From Candidatus Bathyarchaeota archaeon (GTDB taxonomy: Archaea > Thermoproteota > Bathyarchaeia > TCS64), in contig CAVYVF010000023.1 of the NCBI GenBank assembly GCA_963771885.1, positions 896,001 to 960,000 on the forward strand: DNA of 64,000 nt, given 5' to 3'. The position numbers were made by a program, and so were the translations under genes. Under the pieces are notes generated by a model, which did no database searches, was not told the DNA's origin, and saw only the letters and a list, made by a program, of their open reading frames with translations. Positions 30,577 to 40,031 of this stretch are shown here, one piece after another; the first letter of the stretch is position 1, and every line of letters begins with the position of its first letter.

Positions 30577-30930
30577 GTGTCCCACAAAAACAGCCTCGAC
30601 CAGCGTGCTATACAGATAATATTCAAGGCCGGCGATAGAGGGATCATGCAGAGCGAGCTCTGGAAGGAGCTCGGCGTAAGCAGCAGGGAGGGCTCCCGTC
30701 TCGCCCTACGCTTCGAGGAGAAAGGTTCAGTAGAGAGGCGCAAGGTATTACACGACGGAAGGTGGAGCTACAAACTGTTCAGCAAGAAGGAGCTCGTCAC
30801 GATGACTAGCATCGAGGGGTGCCCATGCATGATTTGCGCCGATATTGACAAATGCTTCGAAAGCGGGCAAAGAGACCCAGTCAGTTGCCAGGACCTGACG
30901 AGTTGGCTAACGCCCCGAAAGCCTGATTAG
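30577..30930 (+). CDS. TFE-beta / RPC34-like winged-helix protein with C-terminal Cys (Fe-S) cluster
   Basis: GIMQSELWKELGVSSREGSR winged helix; CPCMIC.....C...DPVSC..L..W. Confidence 0.8.
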   Translation: MSHKNSLDQRAIQIIFKAGDRGIMQSELWKELGVSSREGSRLALRFEEKGSVERRKVLHDGRWSYKLFSKKELVTMTSIEGCPCMICADIDKCFESGQRDPVSCQDLTSWLTPRKPD

Positions 30931-30941
30931 CCGAGCCGCTT

Positions 30942-32060
30942 ATGAGGGCTCCCAGATTGGACCCGAGAATCCGCGAGCTCGTGAAGTACGGGGTAGCCTT
31001 CGCCGTCCTCATTATGGTCTTCTTTGGAGGCTCATACATCCTCAAAGGCGTCCTCGGGACCGAGTACCCGATGATGGTTGTTGTCAGCCAGAGCATGGTT
31101 CCGACCCTAGGGGTCGGCGACTACATATTCGTCGCCAGGATACCCGACATCGAGCAGATAAACACAGGTTCACCCCCGGACGGTGAGGTCATAGTCTTCC
31201 TAAGACCGGGTAGCTCCGACGAGTACATAGTGCATCGCGCCATCCGAAAGATTACCTCTAATGGCATCGTCAGTTACGTAACCAAGGGGGACAACAACTC
31301 CTTCGCCGACGGTACCCCGGTCCCCTCCAACAACGTAGTCGGGAAGGTGATCGGGAGCGTACCCATCGTCGGCTACTTCAGCCTCTTCATAAAGACGATG
31401 CGCGGCTTCGGGCTCGTCATCGCCTTCATGGCGCTCACATTCTTCATGGATTACATACTCCCCGCGAAGAGGCCCGCAGTAGGCAAGTTCCCTGTTCTCT
31501 CACTCATTCCTCTACTCTTCGCCCCTATCGTCGTCTCCAGCTACTGGTTCATAACGGGCTCGACCGAGGATGGCTCAAGGAACGTGCATCTCGCACTCGA
31601 CAGTCTCTCGATAGCTATCTGGTACATCGCCTGCTTCGCAGTCCCGCTCGCGTTTCACGATGACGACACCGGTGCTATGGTCTGGCTCTACCACCTTGTG
31701 CTCATAATGCTGCCCATCGCTTGCGATGTTACGTGGTGGACGATGAACATCACACCGAGCACGTGGTGGTTCAGCCAGGGGGGCACAGTCTCGGTTAACT
31801 GGTTCCTGCTGACCGAACAACCCAACTTTAGTAGGGTCTTCGAGTCGGTGTTGAAGACACTCGTCCCCGGCGCCGTGATATTCATTACGGTGCTCTTCGC
31901 AAAGCGGAAGGGGTGGGAGCCCTTCGCCTCGTGGGAGAGGAAGCTCAGAGGCGCCCCGCCACCTCCGCCACCTATGGAGCAGACCACCGATACTCTGCCA
32001 CCAGCAACCCCCGCAGAGCCGCAACTAGAATCGCAGCCTCCGGAAACAGCCACTGCCTAG
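30942..32060 (+). CDS. Signal peptidase I (Sec11-type) with multi-TM C-terminal extension
   Basis: VVSQSMVPTL (catalytic Ser), IVHRA (His), TKGDNN...D. Confidence 0.88.
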   Translation: MRAPRLDPRIRELVKYGVAFAVLIMVFFGGSYILKGVLGTEYPMMVVVSQSMVPTLGVGDYIFVARIPDIEQINTGSPPDGEVIVFLRPGSSDEYIVHRAIRKITSNGIVSYVTKGDNNSFADGTPVPSNNVVGKVIGSVPIVGYFSLFIKTMRGFGLVIAFMALTFFMDYILPAKRPAVGKFPVLSLIPLLFAPIVVSSYWFITGSTEDGSRNVHLALDSLSIAIWYIACFAVPLAFHDDDTGAMVWLYHLVLIMLPIACDVTWWTMNITPSTWWFSQGGTVSVNWFLLTEQPNFSRVFESVLKTLVPGAVIFITVLFAKRKGWEPFASWERKLRGAPPPPPPMEQTTDTLPPATPAEPQLESQPPETATA

Positions 32061-32136
32061 CCAGCCTCAGAAGCTGAAGCGCCGGAAAACGCGCAAGGGC
32101 TATAACGGTGACCCCTTCCATCTAACACGATCCAAT

Positions 32137-33168
32137 TTGGAGAACGTCAAGGTCGTCTCATACGGCATCGGCGTCATCGGACAGAAGCTTGTGACACACC
32201 TCCTGGAGAAGGAGGGCGTCGAGATAGTCGGCGCCATCGACATCAACCCCAAGATAATTGGCAAGGACCTCGGCGAGGTCATGGGCACGAAAAAGCTCGG
32301 CGTCAAGATCAGCAACGACGTCGACACGATCCTCAAGGAGACACAACCCGACATTGTCTGCCACACGACCATGAGCTACCTCAAAAACACCTACGACCAG
32401 TTCGAAGGAATCCTCAAGAATGGCGTCAACGTCGTCTCGACCTGCGAGGAACTTAGCTACCCCTACGCGACGCCGGAGGGCAAGAAATACGCTGAAAAGC
32501 TCGACAAGGTGGCGAAGAAGGGCAAGGCGACCATCCTCGGGACTGGAGTCAACCCCGGATTCGTCATGGACACGCTCCCCATCTTCCTCACGGGCGTCTG
32601 CCAGAAGGTCGAAGACATCTACGTCGCCCGCCAGATGGACGCCGCGACACGCCGCATACCCTTCCAGACCAAGATCGGCGCAGGTCTTACCGTCGACGAG
32701 TTCAACAAGAAGATCGCCAGCCACGAGATCACCGGACACGTTGGCCTCGAGCAGAGCATACAGATGATCGCAGACGCCCTCGGTTGGGACCTTGACAAGA
32801 TCGAGGTCGAGAAGCCGCAGCCAGTCGTCCTCAAGAAGGACGTGGCGAGCGACGCGATCAAGGTGCCGAAGGGCAGTAACGCAGGCTCGGTCCAGTACGC
32901 TTACGGCATCGTGAAAGGCAAGAAGCTGATCACGATGGACTTCAAGGCGTACATCGGAGCACCTGAGGAGTTCGACAGCGTCACCATCAAGGGCGTGCCG
33001 CCGATCAACGAGAAGATCAGCCCATGCACCCATGGCGACTACGCAACCATCGCCATAACGGCAAATATGATCCCGCACGTAATCAACTCGCCGCCCGGCT
33101 TCAAGACGATGATCGACCTGCCGGTGCCCCACGCTACGCCGAAGCACATGCGAAAGTACATTAAGTAA
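32137..33168 (+). CDS. 2,4-diaminopentanoate dehydrogenase / native amine dehydrogenase family (DapB-like N-terminus)
   Basis: GIGVIG, STCEEL, GTGVNPGFVMD, GHVG, HGDYAT. Confidence 0.8.
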   Translation: MENVKVVSYGIGVIGQKLVTHLLEKEGVEIVGAIDINPKIIGKDLGEVMGTKKLGVKISNDVDTILKETQPDIVCHTTMSYLKNTYDQFEGILKNGVNVVSTCEELSYPYATPEGKKYAEKLDKVAKKGKATILGTGVNPGFVMDTLPIFLTGVCQKVEDIYVARQMDAATRRIPFQTKIGAGLTVDEFNKKIASHEITGHVGLEQSIQMIADALGWDLDKIEVEKPQPVVLKKDVASDAIKVPKGSNAGSVQYAYGIVKGKKLITMDFKAYIGAPEEFDSVTIKGVPPINEKISPCTHGDYATIAITANMIPHVINSPPGFKTMIDLPVPHATPKHMRKYIK

Positions 33169-33319
33169 ACCGCAATCCACCCCTTTTTTAACAGATTTTC
33201 TAGCCCAAACACGTTTTAAACGTTCAAGAAAACATATGTTTAAAAGCCCCGCGCGCAAACGTAGTGGGGTATATCGGAAACCTAACGGTTGCCCGTGTAC
33301 AAAAGGAGAATAGAAAAAA

Positions 33320-33481
33320 ATGGGTTATAGAGACAGAAGCAGCAGTGGTCCCCGCGAGATGCACAAAGTAACGTGCTCTGACTGCGGTAAGGAGACAGAG
33401 GTCCCCTTCAAGCCGACAGAGGGTCGCCCGGTCTACTGCCAAGAATGCTTCGCTAAGCACAGGCCACCGAGAAGGTTCTAA
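33320..33481 (+). CDS. CxxC-x17-CxxC zinc-finger small protein (53 aa); absent from ORF track
   Basis: MGYRDRSSSGPREMHKVTCSDCGKETEVPFKPTEGRPVYCQECFAKHRPPRRF; AAAGGAGA SD upstream. Confidence 0.92.
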   Translation: MGYRDRSSSGPREMHKVTCSDCGKETEVPFKPTEGRPVYCQECFAKHRPPRRF

Positions 33482-33500
33482 GCCGTATCAAGTGACCGAT

Positions 33501-33540
33501 AAGCGGAGAGATCCGCTTCGATAATTTTTTTAATTTTTCT
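33501..33540 (+). terminator. Hairpin plus T-tract terminator
   Basis: AAGCGGA-GAGA-TCCGCTT perfect 7-bp stem followed by TTTTTTT and TTTTT. Confidence 0.6.
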
Positions 33541-33820
33541 CATTCAACAACCGAAAGCGAGAAACACGTTTTCACGCCTCTCGGTGATTTTATGTTTTCG
33601 GAGACGAGACCATTGAACGCCAATTATCTGTGCGGTCAACGCTCCAAGTGAAATCTACCTGCTCATGGCAGTAACTATCCAGGCACATTGTGAACCCGAC
33701 CGCATAAACATCGGACACTCAGAACTGGGTACAGTTTGAGAGACTGGAGGCTGAGTTAGCTAAACATCCCCGGGCGTAGGTGAATATTGGCAACCGCGCG
33801 CAGGGTGAAAAAGAAGGAGA

Positions 33821-35440
33821 TCAGCGTTTTCTCAGCGTCTTCCCGGCTAGTACTCTCCTGTACTTCCCGTTGTCGACTGTGATCTTGCCGTTTACAACGA
33901 CATAGGGGATGCCTTCGGGGTATTGGTGGGGGTTCTCGAAGGTCGCCTTGTCTATGACTTTGTCGGGGTCTATGACGGCGACGTCGGCGTACATGCCGGG
34001 GCGGAGGATGCCGCGATCTAGGATGCCGAAGCGTTGAGCGGGGAAGCTCGTCATCTTCCTTATCGCCTCCTCGAAGCGCATGACGCCCTCCTCGCGAACG
34101 TACTTACCGAGTATGCGCGGGTATGTGCCGAAGAAGCGGGGATGAGGCTTGCCGAGACCGAAGGGGCCAGCGTTGCAGACACTACTCGCATCGGTGCCCA
34201 CCATCTGGTAGGGGTTCGCCATGATGCGCTTTATATCGCCCTCGTCCATGCTGAAGATTATCATGCCGGGTGTTCCCTCCTCGGCGAGGATGAGCTTCCA
34301 TAGAGCGTCGAAGACGTCCTTCTCCTTCATCTCCCTCGCGATGAAGTCCATAGTCTTCCCCTCGAAGCGTTTGTTCTTATCCCCCTTGATGCTGGAGACC
34401 ATAACGTTCTCCCAGCCGAGCTCGCCGGCGAAGTTTTCCCAGCCTGGGATGCCGTTCTTGAGGTCGGCGCGCATCTTCTCACGCTGCTTGGGGTCGGCTA
34501 GACGCTCGAGAAGCTTGTCCATGCCACCGTCGTGCGCCCATGGAGGCAACAGCGTAACGAGGCTCGTCGCGCCGGCGCAGTATGGGTACTGGTCGACGGT
34601 GACATCGATGCCCTTGGCGCGAGCATTCTCGATGAGCCTAAGAGTGGTTCTGCTCTTACCCCAAACCGCCTTATTCGCAGCCTTGTGGTGGCTTATCTGG
34701 ACGGGGATACCCGCCTTCTCGCCGATAGTGATTGCCTCCCTGACGGACTTTATGAGAGCGCGTCCCTCGCCTCGGATGTGGGTGTCGTAGATTCCACCGA
34801 ACTCGGCTGCAACCTTGGAAACCTCGATGAGCTCGCGGGTCTTGGCGAAGATGCCCGGCGGGTAGATGAGACCGCTGCTGATCCCGTAGGCGCCTGCTTT
34901 CATCGCCTCCGCTGTGAGCTCCCTCATGAGCCTTAGCTCCTTCGCGGTTGGGGCGCGAGCATCGGGGCCCATGCCTGCCTCGCGGATGGTACCGTGGCCG
35001 ACCATGTGAGCGACGTTGGCGCCGAGACCCTCCTTCTCCTCCTCGCGGAGGTACTCGTCGAATGTGCTCCAAGTGACCTTCAGGTTGACCCCCTTGGGTA
35101 GCGAGCCGTTTACGTCCTTTTGGAACGCCTCAAGTCTATCAGGGTTGACTGGCGCCGCGGTTGAACCGCACTGCCCGGCCACTACCGTCGAGATGCCTTG
35201 CATGACGGTGCTCTCCATCTCTCTGTAAACGAGAGTGTTGAAGTCGCTGTGGCTGTGTGCGTCAACGAAGCCGGGGACGACGACGTGGTCCTTCGCATCG
35301 ATGACCTTCTCCGCCTTCGCCTCGCCAAGTTTCCCTATCGCTGCTATCCTATCGCCGGTGACGGCGACGTCCCCCCAGTACCAGGGGTTGCCCGCCCCGT
35401 CGACAACCTTCCCATTCTTTATTAAAAGATCGTATGACAA
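33821..35440 (-). CDS. N-acyl-D-amino-acid deacylase (D-aminoacylase)
   Basis: PGFVDAHSHSD, GQCG, GLIYPPG, HIRGE, ISHHK, DQYPY, PHPRFFGTYPR. Confidence 0.9.
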   Translation of the reverse strand: MSYDLLIKNGKVVDGAGNPWYWGDVAVTGDRIAAIGKLGEAKAEKVIDAKDHVVVPGFVDAHSHSDFNTLVYREMESTVMQGISTVVAGQCGSTAAPVNPDRLEAFQKDVNGSLPKGVNLKVTWSTFDEYLREEEKEGLGANVAHMVGHGTIREAGMGPDARAPTAKELRLMRELTAEAMKAGAYGISSGLIYPPGIFAKTRELIEVSKVAAEFGGIYDTHIRGEGRALIKSVREAITIGEKAGIPVQISHHKAANKAVWGKSRTTLRLIENARAKGIDVTVDQYPYCAGATSLVTLLPPWAHDGGMDKLLERLADPKQREKMRADLKNGIPGWENFAGELGWENVMVSSIKGDKNKRFEGKTMDFIAREMKEKDVFDALWKLILAEEGTPGMIIFSMDEGDIKRIMANPYQMVGTDASSVCNAGPFGLGKPHPRFFGTYPRILGKYVREEGVMRFEEAIRKMTSFPAQRFGILDRGILRPGMYADVAVIDPDKVIDKATFENPHQYPEGIPYVVVNGKITVDNGKYRRVLAGKTLRKR

Positions 35441-35491
35441 ACCAGTCTCACTGGCTGGAAAAGTGGGCGAATTGGGGATTTAACAGCTTCC

Positions 35492-36301
35492 TTACCCGCG
35501 CTTCTCCCACTTGTAACGCATGTCCTCGCTCTTCTTCGTCGCGGCGACGACTGCGTTCATGAGGGCGGTTCTGAGTTTTCCATCCTCGATCTCATAGATG
35601 CCCTCGATAGTCGTACCGCCGGGCGTGGTCACCATCTCCGCGATCTCGTTCGGCTTCATCGTTCCGTCGAGGACGAGCTTCGCCGCGCCGAGAACCGACT
35701 GGGCGGAACTCCTCAAACTCAGTTCACGTGGGAGCCCGACTTTGAGCCCCGCAAACATTAGAGCGTCGATGACTATGGCGACGAAGGCAGGGCTGCTACC
35801 GCTGAGACCGGTGACGGCGTCCATGTACTTCTCCTCGACCTCCATGCACGTCCCCATTGTGTCAAGGAGGGTCTTCACAGTCGATTTATCTTCGGCTGTT
35901 ACGCCGGGGCCGCATGCGTAGGCGGTGAAGCTCGCCTTGGCGAGGGCGGCGATGTTCGGCATGCTGCGCACATACCTAGCGCCGGGCACGACGTCTTCGT
36001 AGTATTCGATTGGGATGATGGCGGCGGTGCTTATCACAAGCTTGCCCTGCACCTCTTTCTCGATGCCCGTGAGGACGGAGCCGACGTCACCGGGTTTGAC
36101 GCATAGGATGACGAGTTCAGCCTTTCTAGCCGCCGCCTTGTTGTCAGTCGTAACCTCAGCGCCTAGCGCCTTGAGCTCCTTTAGTGCCTCGAGGCTCCGG
36201 CGTGTCGCTATGACCTTGCCGACCTCATCCGACTCCTGCAGGCACTTGACTATAGCTCCACCTATGACGCCCGCACCGATGACCGCAACCGTGCCGACCA
36301 A
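35492..36301 (-). CDS. proC: Pyrroline-5-carboxylate reductase
   Basis: IGAGVIG, LCVKP, RSMPN, GLSGSSPA, VTTPGGTT. Confidence 0.93.
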   Translation of the reverse strand: MVGTVAVIGAGVIGGAIVKCLQESDEVGKVIATRRSLEALKELKALGAEVTTDNKAAARKAELVILCVKPGDVGSVLTGIEKEVQGKLVISTAAIIPIEYYEDVVPGARYVRSMPNIAALAKASFTAYACGPGVTAEDKSTVKTLLDTMGTCMEVEEKYMDAVTGLSGSSPAFVAIVIDALMFAGLKVGLPRELSLRSSAQSVLGAAKLVLDGTMKPNEIAEMVTTPGGTTIEGIYEIEDGKLRTALMNAVVAATKKSEDMRYKWEKRG

Positions 36302-36401
36302 TTCGCTTCACACGGCGGGGGGACGATCTGACTAAAAAGTATATTGAAGAAAAACGCCGTTTGAATGATCGAACGTATGTTTGTAAAGATAGCTGGGGTG
36401 C

Positions 36402-37160
36402 TTACTTCTGCTTAATCCCCAGTTCCTTGAACTGGTTCTGGACGCCCATCTTCATGTAGACGAGGTCGTTGCCGCATGTAACCATGTTGTAGCCCTTTGC
36501 TATACGCTCCTTGAGAGGCTTGCCGCAGCCCTCGTGTATGCCCGCTGCGATGCCGTGTGCCCTGCATGCGTCGAAGACCTTGTCGATGGCATCCTGCTCG
36601 TCCTTCTTGGTGAAGTCACCTATGTGACCTAGGCTCGCGGAGAGGTCCGCTGGGCCGATGTAGGCGCAGTCGACGCCCTCGACAGAGCATATAGCGTCGA
36701 TATTCTTCACCGCTTCCTTCGTCTCGATCTGGACGGCGACGTAGATCTCATCATCGGCGGTCTTGAGGTAGTCTGGGTCGAACATCGCAGCGCGACGAGG
36801 CCCGCATCCGCGCAGTCCCTTAGGGCCGTAGCGCGTGTAGCTGACCGCCGCCTTCGCCTGCTCAGGGGTGTTGATCCATGGGATGAGCAATCCCTCGGCG
36901 CCTATGTCTAAGGCGCGCTTTATCGCCACCATGTCGTTCCACCACGGGCGGACGATGGGGCTCGTCTTCGAGTCCTTACGGAAGGCCTGCATGAGGGTCT
37001 GGATGTGGAGCATGTCGAGCGGGCTGTGCTCGTTATCGAGCACGAAGTAGTCGAATCCCATGCTGCTCATCATCTCAGCGCACATGGGGCTCTCGACCGT
37101 GATCCAAGTGCCGAAGCCCTGCTTTCCAGCCTTCATCATCCTCTTGAACTCGTTCTTCAT
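36402..37160 (-). CDS. HpcH/HpaI aldolase family protein
   Basis: LDNEH, RALDIGA, QIET, IGPADLS. Confidence 0.88.
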   Translation of the reverse strand: MKNEFKRMMKAGKQGFGTWITVESPMCAEMMSSMGFDYFVLDNEHSPLDMLHIQTLMQAFRKDSKTSPIVRPWWNDMVAIKRALDIGAEGLLIPWINTPEQAKAAVSYTRYGPKGLRGCGPRRAAMFDPDYLKTADDEIYVAVQIETKEAVKNIDAICSVEGVDCAYIGPADLSASLGHIGDFTKKDEQDAIDKVFDACRAHGIAAGIHEGCGKPLKERIAKGYNMVTCGNDLVYMKMGVQNQFKELGIKQK

Positions 37161-37219
37161 AATAGTCACCGGTTCAAGTAGGGTAATCCAGAATGTATTT
37201 AGGGTTTGGGAGGTGGGGC

Positions 37220-38434
37220 TCACTTCTTCGCTTTGTCGAAGGCTCCACTGATCTCGGCGCGGAGCTTCGCGTCGGAGAGTATGTCGACGCCTGCGAAGGC
37301 GAGGACCTTGGCGCCTATCTCGATACCCTTATGCCCCTCCTCGGTCATCGTTGCAGCGCATAGCTCCCTGCTGTGCCCTGTTATCTCCGCCTTAGTGAAG
37401 CCCACCATCGCGTGCATGCCTGGGGCGAAGTGGCTTAGATCCGTAAAGTCCGTGCTACCGCCCGGCGGCTGAGCCGCCGAATAGTCGGGGTCCTCCACCT
37501 CGATACCGAGCTCCTTGAACTCCTTGACGAAGAGCTTCTCGAGCGGTGGGTTCCTGACGTTGGACTTTAGTCCTGGGCTGACGGTGATCTTGACCTCGCA
37601 CCCCGTGGCGATTGCCGCGCCCTTCGCCGAGTTCTCCACCATCTCGACGAGGGTAGGGATGTAGGAGTCATCGCTGCTTCGAACGCCGAACTGCATGACG
37701 GCACGGTCTGGTATAATATTGCTGGCTAGGCCACCCTCGGTTATGATACCATGGACGACGGGGTTCGCCCCACGCTTGAACTGCTGCCTGTTGGCGTGTA
37801 TCGCCATAAAGCAGAGGACGGCGGCGTTAAGCGCGTTAAGCCCGTTATAAGGGTCGGCTGCGGCATGCGCTGTCTTCCCGGTGAAGACGAGGTTGATGCC
37901 CGTGATGGCGAGGAAGCCTGTGGCGACAGTCATCTTGCTGTTACCCATCGGGTGGATCATCATCACCGCGTCGACGCCCTTGAAGAAGCCGGCCTCTGCC
38001 ATCTTCTTCTTGGCGCTGTTGCTCGGGCCGTGACCCTCCTCGGCGGGTGTACCGACGACCCAGAGCTCACCGGGCAACTCCTTCATTAGCTTGGAGACGG
38101 CTATCCCCGCGCCTAGTCCGGATGTTCCTATCATGTTGTGCCCGCAGCCGTGTCCAATGCCTGGGAGTGCGTCATACTCGCAGAGGAAGGCGATTGTAGG
38201 CCCCTTCTCCTTGCCCTTCATCACAGCCTTGAAGGCGGTCGGCATACCCTGAACACCCATCTCGACCTTGAAGCCATGCTTCTTCAGCTCAGCCGCGAGC
38301 AGCTTCGAGGACTCTACCTCTTCACTGCCAAGCTCGGGGTGCTTCCCTATCCAGTCGCTCATCTCGACGAGGCGCGGCAGAACCGCGTCGACCTCGCCCT
38401 TAACCTTCGTCTTTAGAACCTTGACGTCGATCAT
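37220..38434 (-). CDS. M20 family amidohydrolase (AbgB/ACY1L2-like)
   Basis: HPELG, EYDALP, HGCGHN, GTPAEE, GSTD. Confidence 0.88.
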   Translation of the reverse strand: MIDVKVLKTKVKGEVDAVLPRLVEMSDWIGKHPELGSEEVESSKLLAAELKKHGFKVEMGVQGMPTAFKAVMKGKEKGPTIAFLCEYDALPGIGHGCGHNMIGTSGLGAGIAVSKLMKELPGELWVVGTPAEEGHGPSNSAKKKMAEAGFFKGVDAVMMIHPMGNSKMTVATGFLAITGINLVFTGKTAHAAADPYNGLNALNAAVLCFMAIHANRQQFKRGANPVVHGIITEGGLASNIIPDRAVMQFGVRSSDDSYIPTLVEMVENSAKGAAIATGCEVKITVSPGLKSNVRNPPLEKLFVKEFKELGIEVEDPDYSAAQPPGGSTDFTDLSHFAPGMHAMVGFTKAEITGHSRELCAATMTEEGHKGIEIGAKVLAFAGVDILSDAKLRAEISGAFDKAKK

Positions 38435-38478
38435 CTCGATCTATGCAACGTTGTGTGTTGAAGTTATGAAATGTTGGG

Positions 38479-38850
38479 TCACAATCGTCTCGAAGAGCGC
38501 CAGAGGGGGATCCCAGCGAATGCAAGTATTGCTAGATTGAGGGCGACATTGAACCACGCCCCGTAATAGACGGAAACCGCTAGATCGACAGGTGCCCATA
38601 CCAAGATTCCGTAAAAAAGAAGCCGCAGCAGCTCGGGCTTTCCCTCAGCAAAGGAGTATCGAGCGACGAGCAGTATAGTCACACCCCAACCTATCATAGT
38701 CGCCCCCAGAACTCCCTGTACTAATCTGGGTATAAGACTTGAATCAACTGGGTAGACACCCGGATCGATGAAGATAATGCTAAGCCCCGCGAGTGTGACG
38801 ATGCCAGACATCGCCAATACCCACATACGAAGGAGAGAACCTGATGACAT
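38479..38850 (-). CDS. Hypothetical four-TM membrane protein
   Basis: Four hydrophobic segments, 123 aa. Confidence 0.6.
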   Translation of the reverse strand: MSSGSLLRMWVLAMSGIVTLAGLSIIFIDPGVYPVDSSLIPRLVQGVLGATMIGWGVTILLVARYSFAEGKPELLRLLFYGILVWAPVDLAVSVYYGAWFNVALNLAILAFAGIPLWRSSRRL

Positions 38851-38972
38851 TGATGAAAAGATGATCGATTATGACTTAAAAGGAGATTCTTAGGGTCACG
38901 ACCACTTAGTATTAGAACGATCTAAGGAAAGAGGCGCTAATTAAGAGGCATCATCCCGAATCGCCTTAAATT

Positions 38973-40031
38973 GTGGAAAGGAATGATCGAATCATGACTC
39001 TCGACGCCCACCAGTTCGGATCGACGACAATCGCCAAGACCAAGACTGCCGGGGACTTCAAGAACATTCTCAGAGACCCGATTCTCCAATTGGATCCGAT
39101 CATCATAAAGCCCAACTGGGTCACGGATGACGAGGGCACATTCACGACCGCCGAGACTATGAGGAGGGTGTTCGAGGCGATCCCCGGGAAGATAGTCGTC
39201 ATCGAGAGTTACCAACTCGGAAGATCATGGAACCAGAAGCCATGCGGCGAGAGATTCAGAGCCGAAGACGGTGAGCATGACTGGTACTGGTTCAGGGGGA
39301 AGGGTTGGAACTGGCTCCACACCCACCCGGACTGGGATTGGTTCTGCGGAGGCTCCCATTGGGGGAGGATCAGGAGCGAAGATAGGCTGTTCCTCGACAG
39401 ACACGGGTTCAGCGACCTACTTGCTGAGTTCGGCGCCGAGTACATCAATATCACGGAGGAAGTCTGGAGCGGCAGAGCCGTGGACCCTAAAGTCGTGCGC
39501 GGAGCAGTCGAGTCAAGGTATCCACCATGTTTTACAGATAAACTCTACGGTATCGTCCCAGAGCGCCTTATGAGGCTTAGAGGCGCCACGCTGGTCAGTC
39601 TCACAAGGCTGAAGGAGTATAACAGCTTCACGCTCAAGAACCTCTTCGGGCTGATACCCGATCCCATCAGGGCGTGGTGGCATGGTCCCAAGGATAGTAG
39701 GCTCTCACAAAGCATCGTTGACGCCGCGAAGGTCTACGGGAGTCTCTTCAATCTCCACGGAATGTGGGAGTATGGTAAGGAGACACGCCTGAGAAAACCA
39801 GATGGGAGGCTGGGCGACCCCGGATTCAAGTATGATATCGTCAACGGTCCGGGCATCCTCGCCCACGGGAGTAACCTCGTGGAGATGGACGCCCTACTGC
39901 ACCGCCTGTCTGGATATGATGAAGATGGCTCGGATCATATCAAGCTAGCCCGCGGCGTCCTCGGCGAATACGACGACGGGCTCTTAAAAGATGCGGAGAA
40001 TACTGTCGGAAACTGGTTTAGAATGGTTTAA
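38973..40031 (+). CDS. DUF362-like protein
   Basis: IIIKPNW, IES, TLKNLFGL, VEMDA. Confidence 0.7.
   Translation: MERNDRIMTLDAHQFGSTTIAKTKTAGDFKNILRDPILQLDPIIIKPNWVTDDEGTFTTAETMRRVFEAIPGKIVVIESYQLGRSWNQKPCGERFRAEDGEHDWYWFRGKGWNWLHTHPDWDWFCGGSHWGRIRSEDRLFLDRHGFSDLLAEFGAEYINITEEVWSGRAVDPKVVRGAVESRYPPCFTDKLYGIVPERLMRLRGATLVSLTRLKEYNSFTLKNLFGLIPDPIRAWWHGPKDSRLSQSIVDAAKVYGSLFNLHGMWEYGKETRLRKPDGRLGDPGFKYDIVNGPGILAHGSNLVEMDALLHRLSGYDEDGSDHIKLARGVLGEYDDGLLKDAENTVGNWFRMV

Noticed and set aside
32158..33258. Long antisense ORF (366 aa) and similar ones such as 17278-18276, 54806-55513 and 62444-63178
   Set aside because: Shadow frames of well-supported genes caused by GC-rich third-position bias; no motifs
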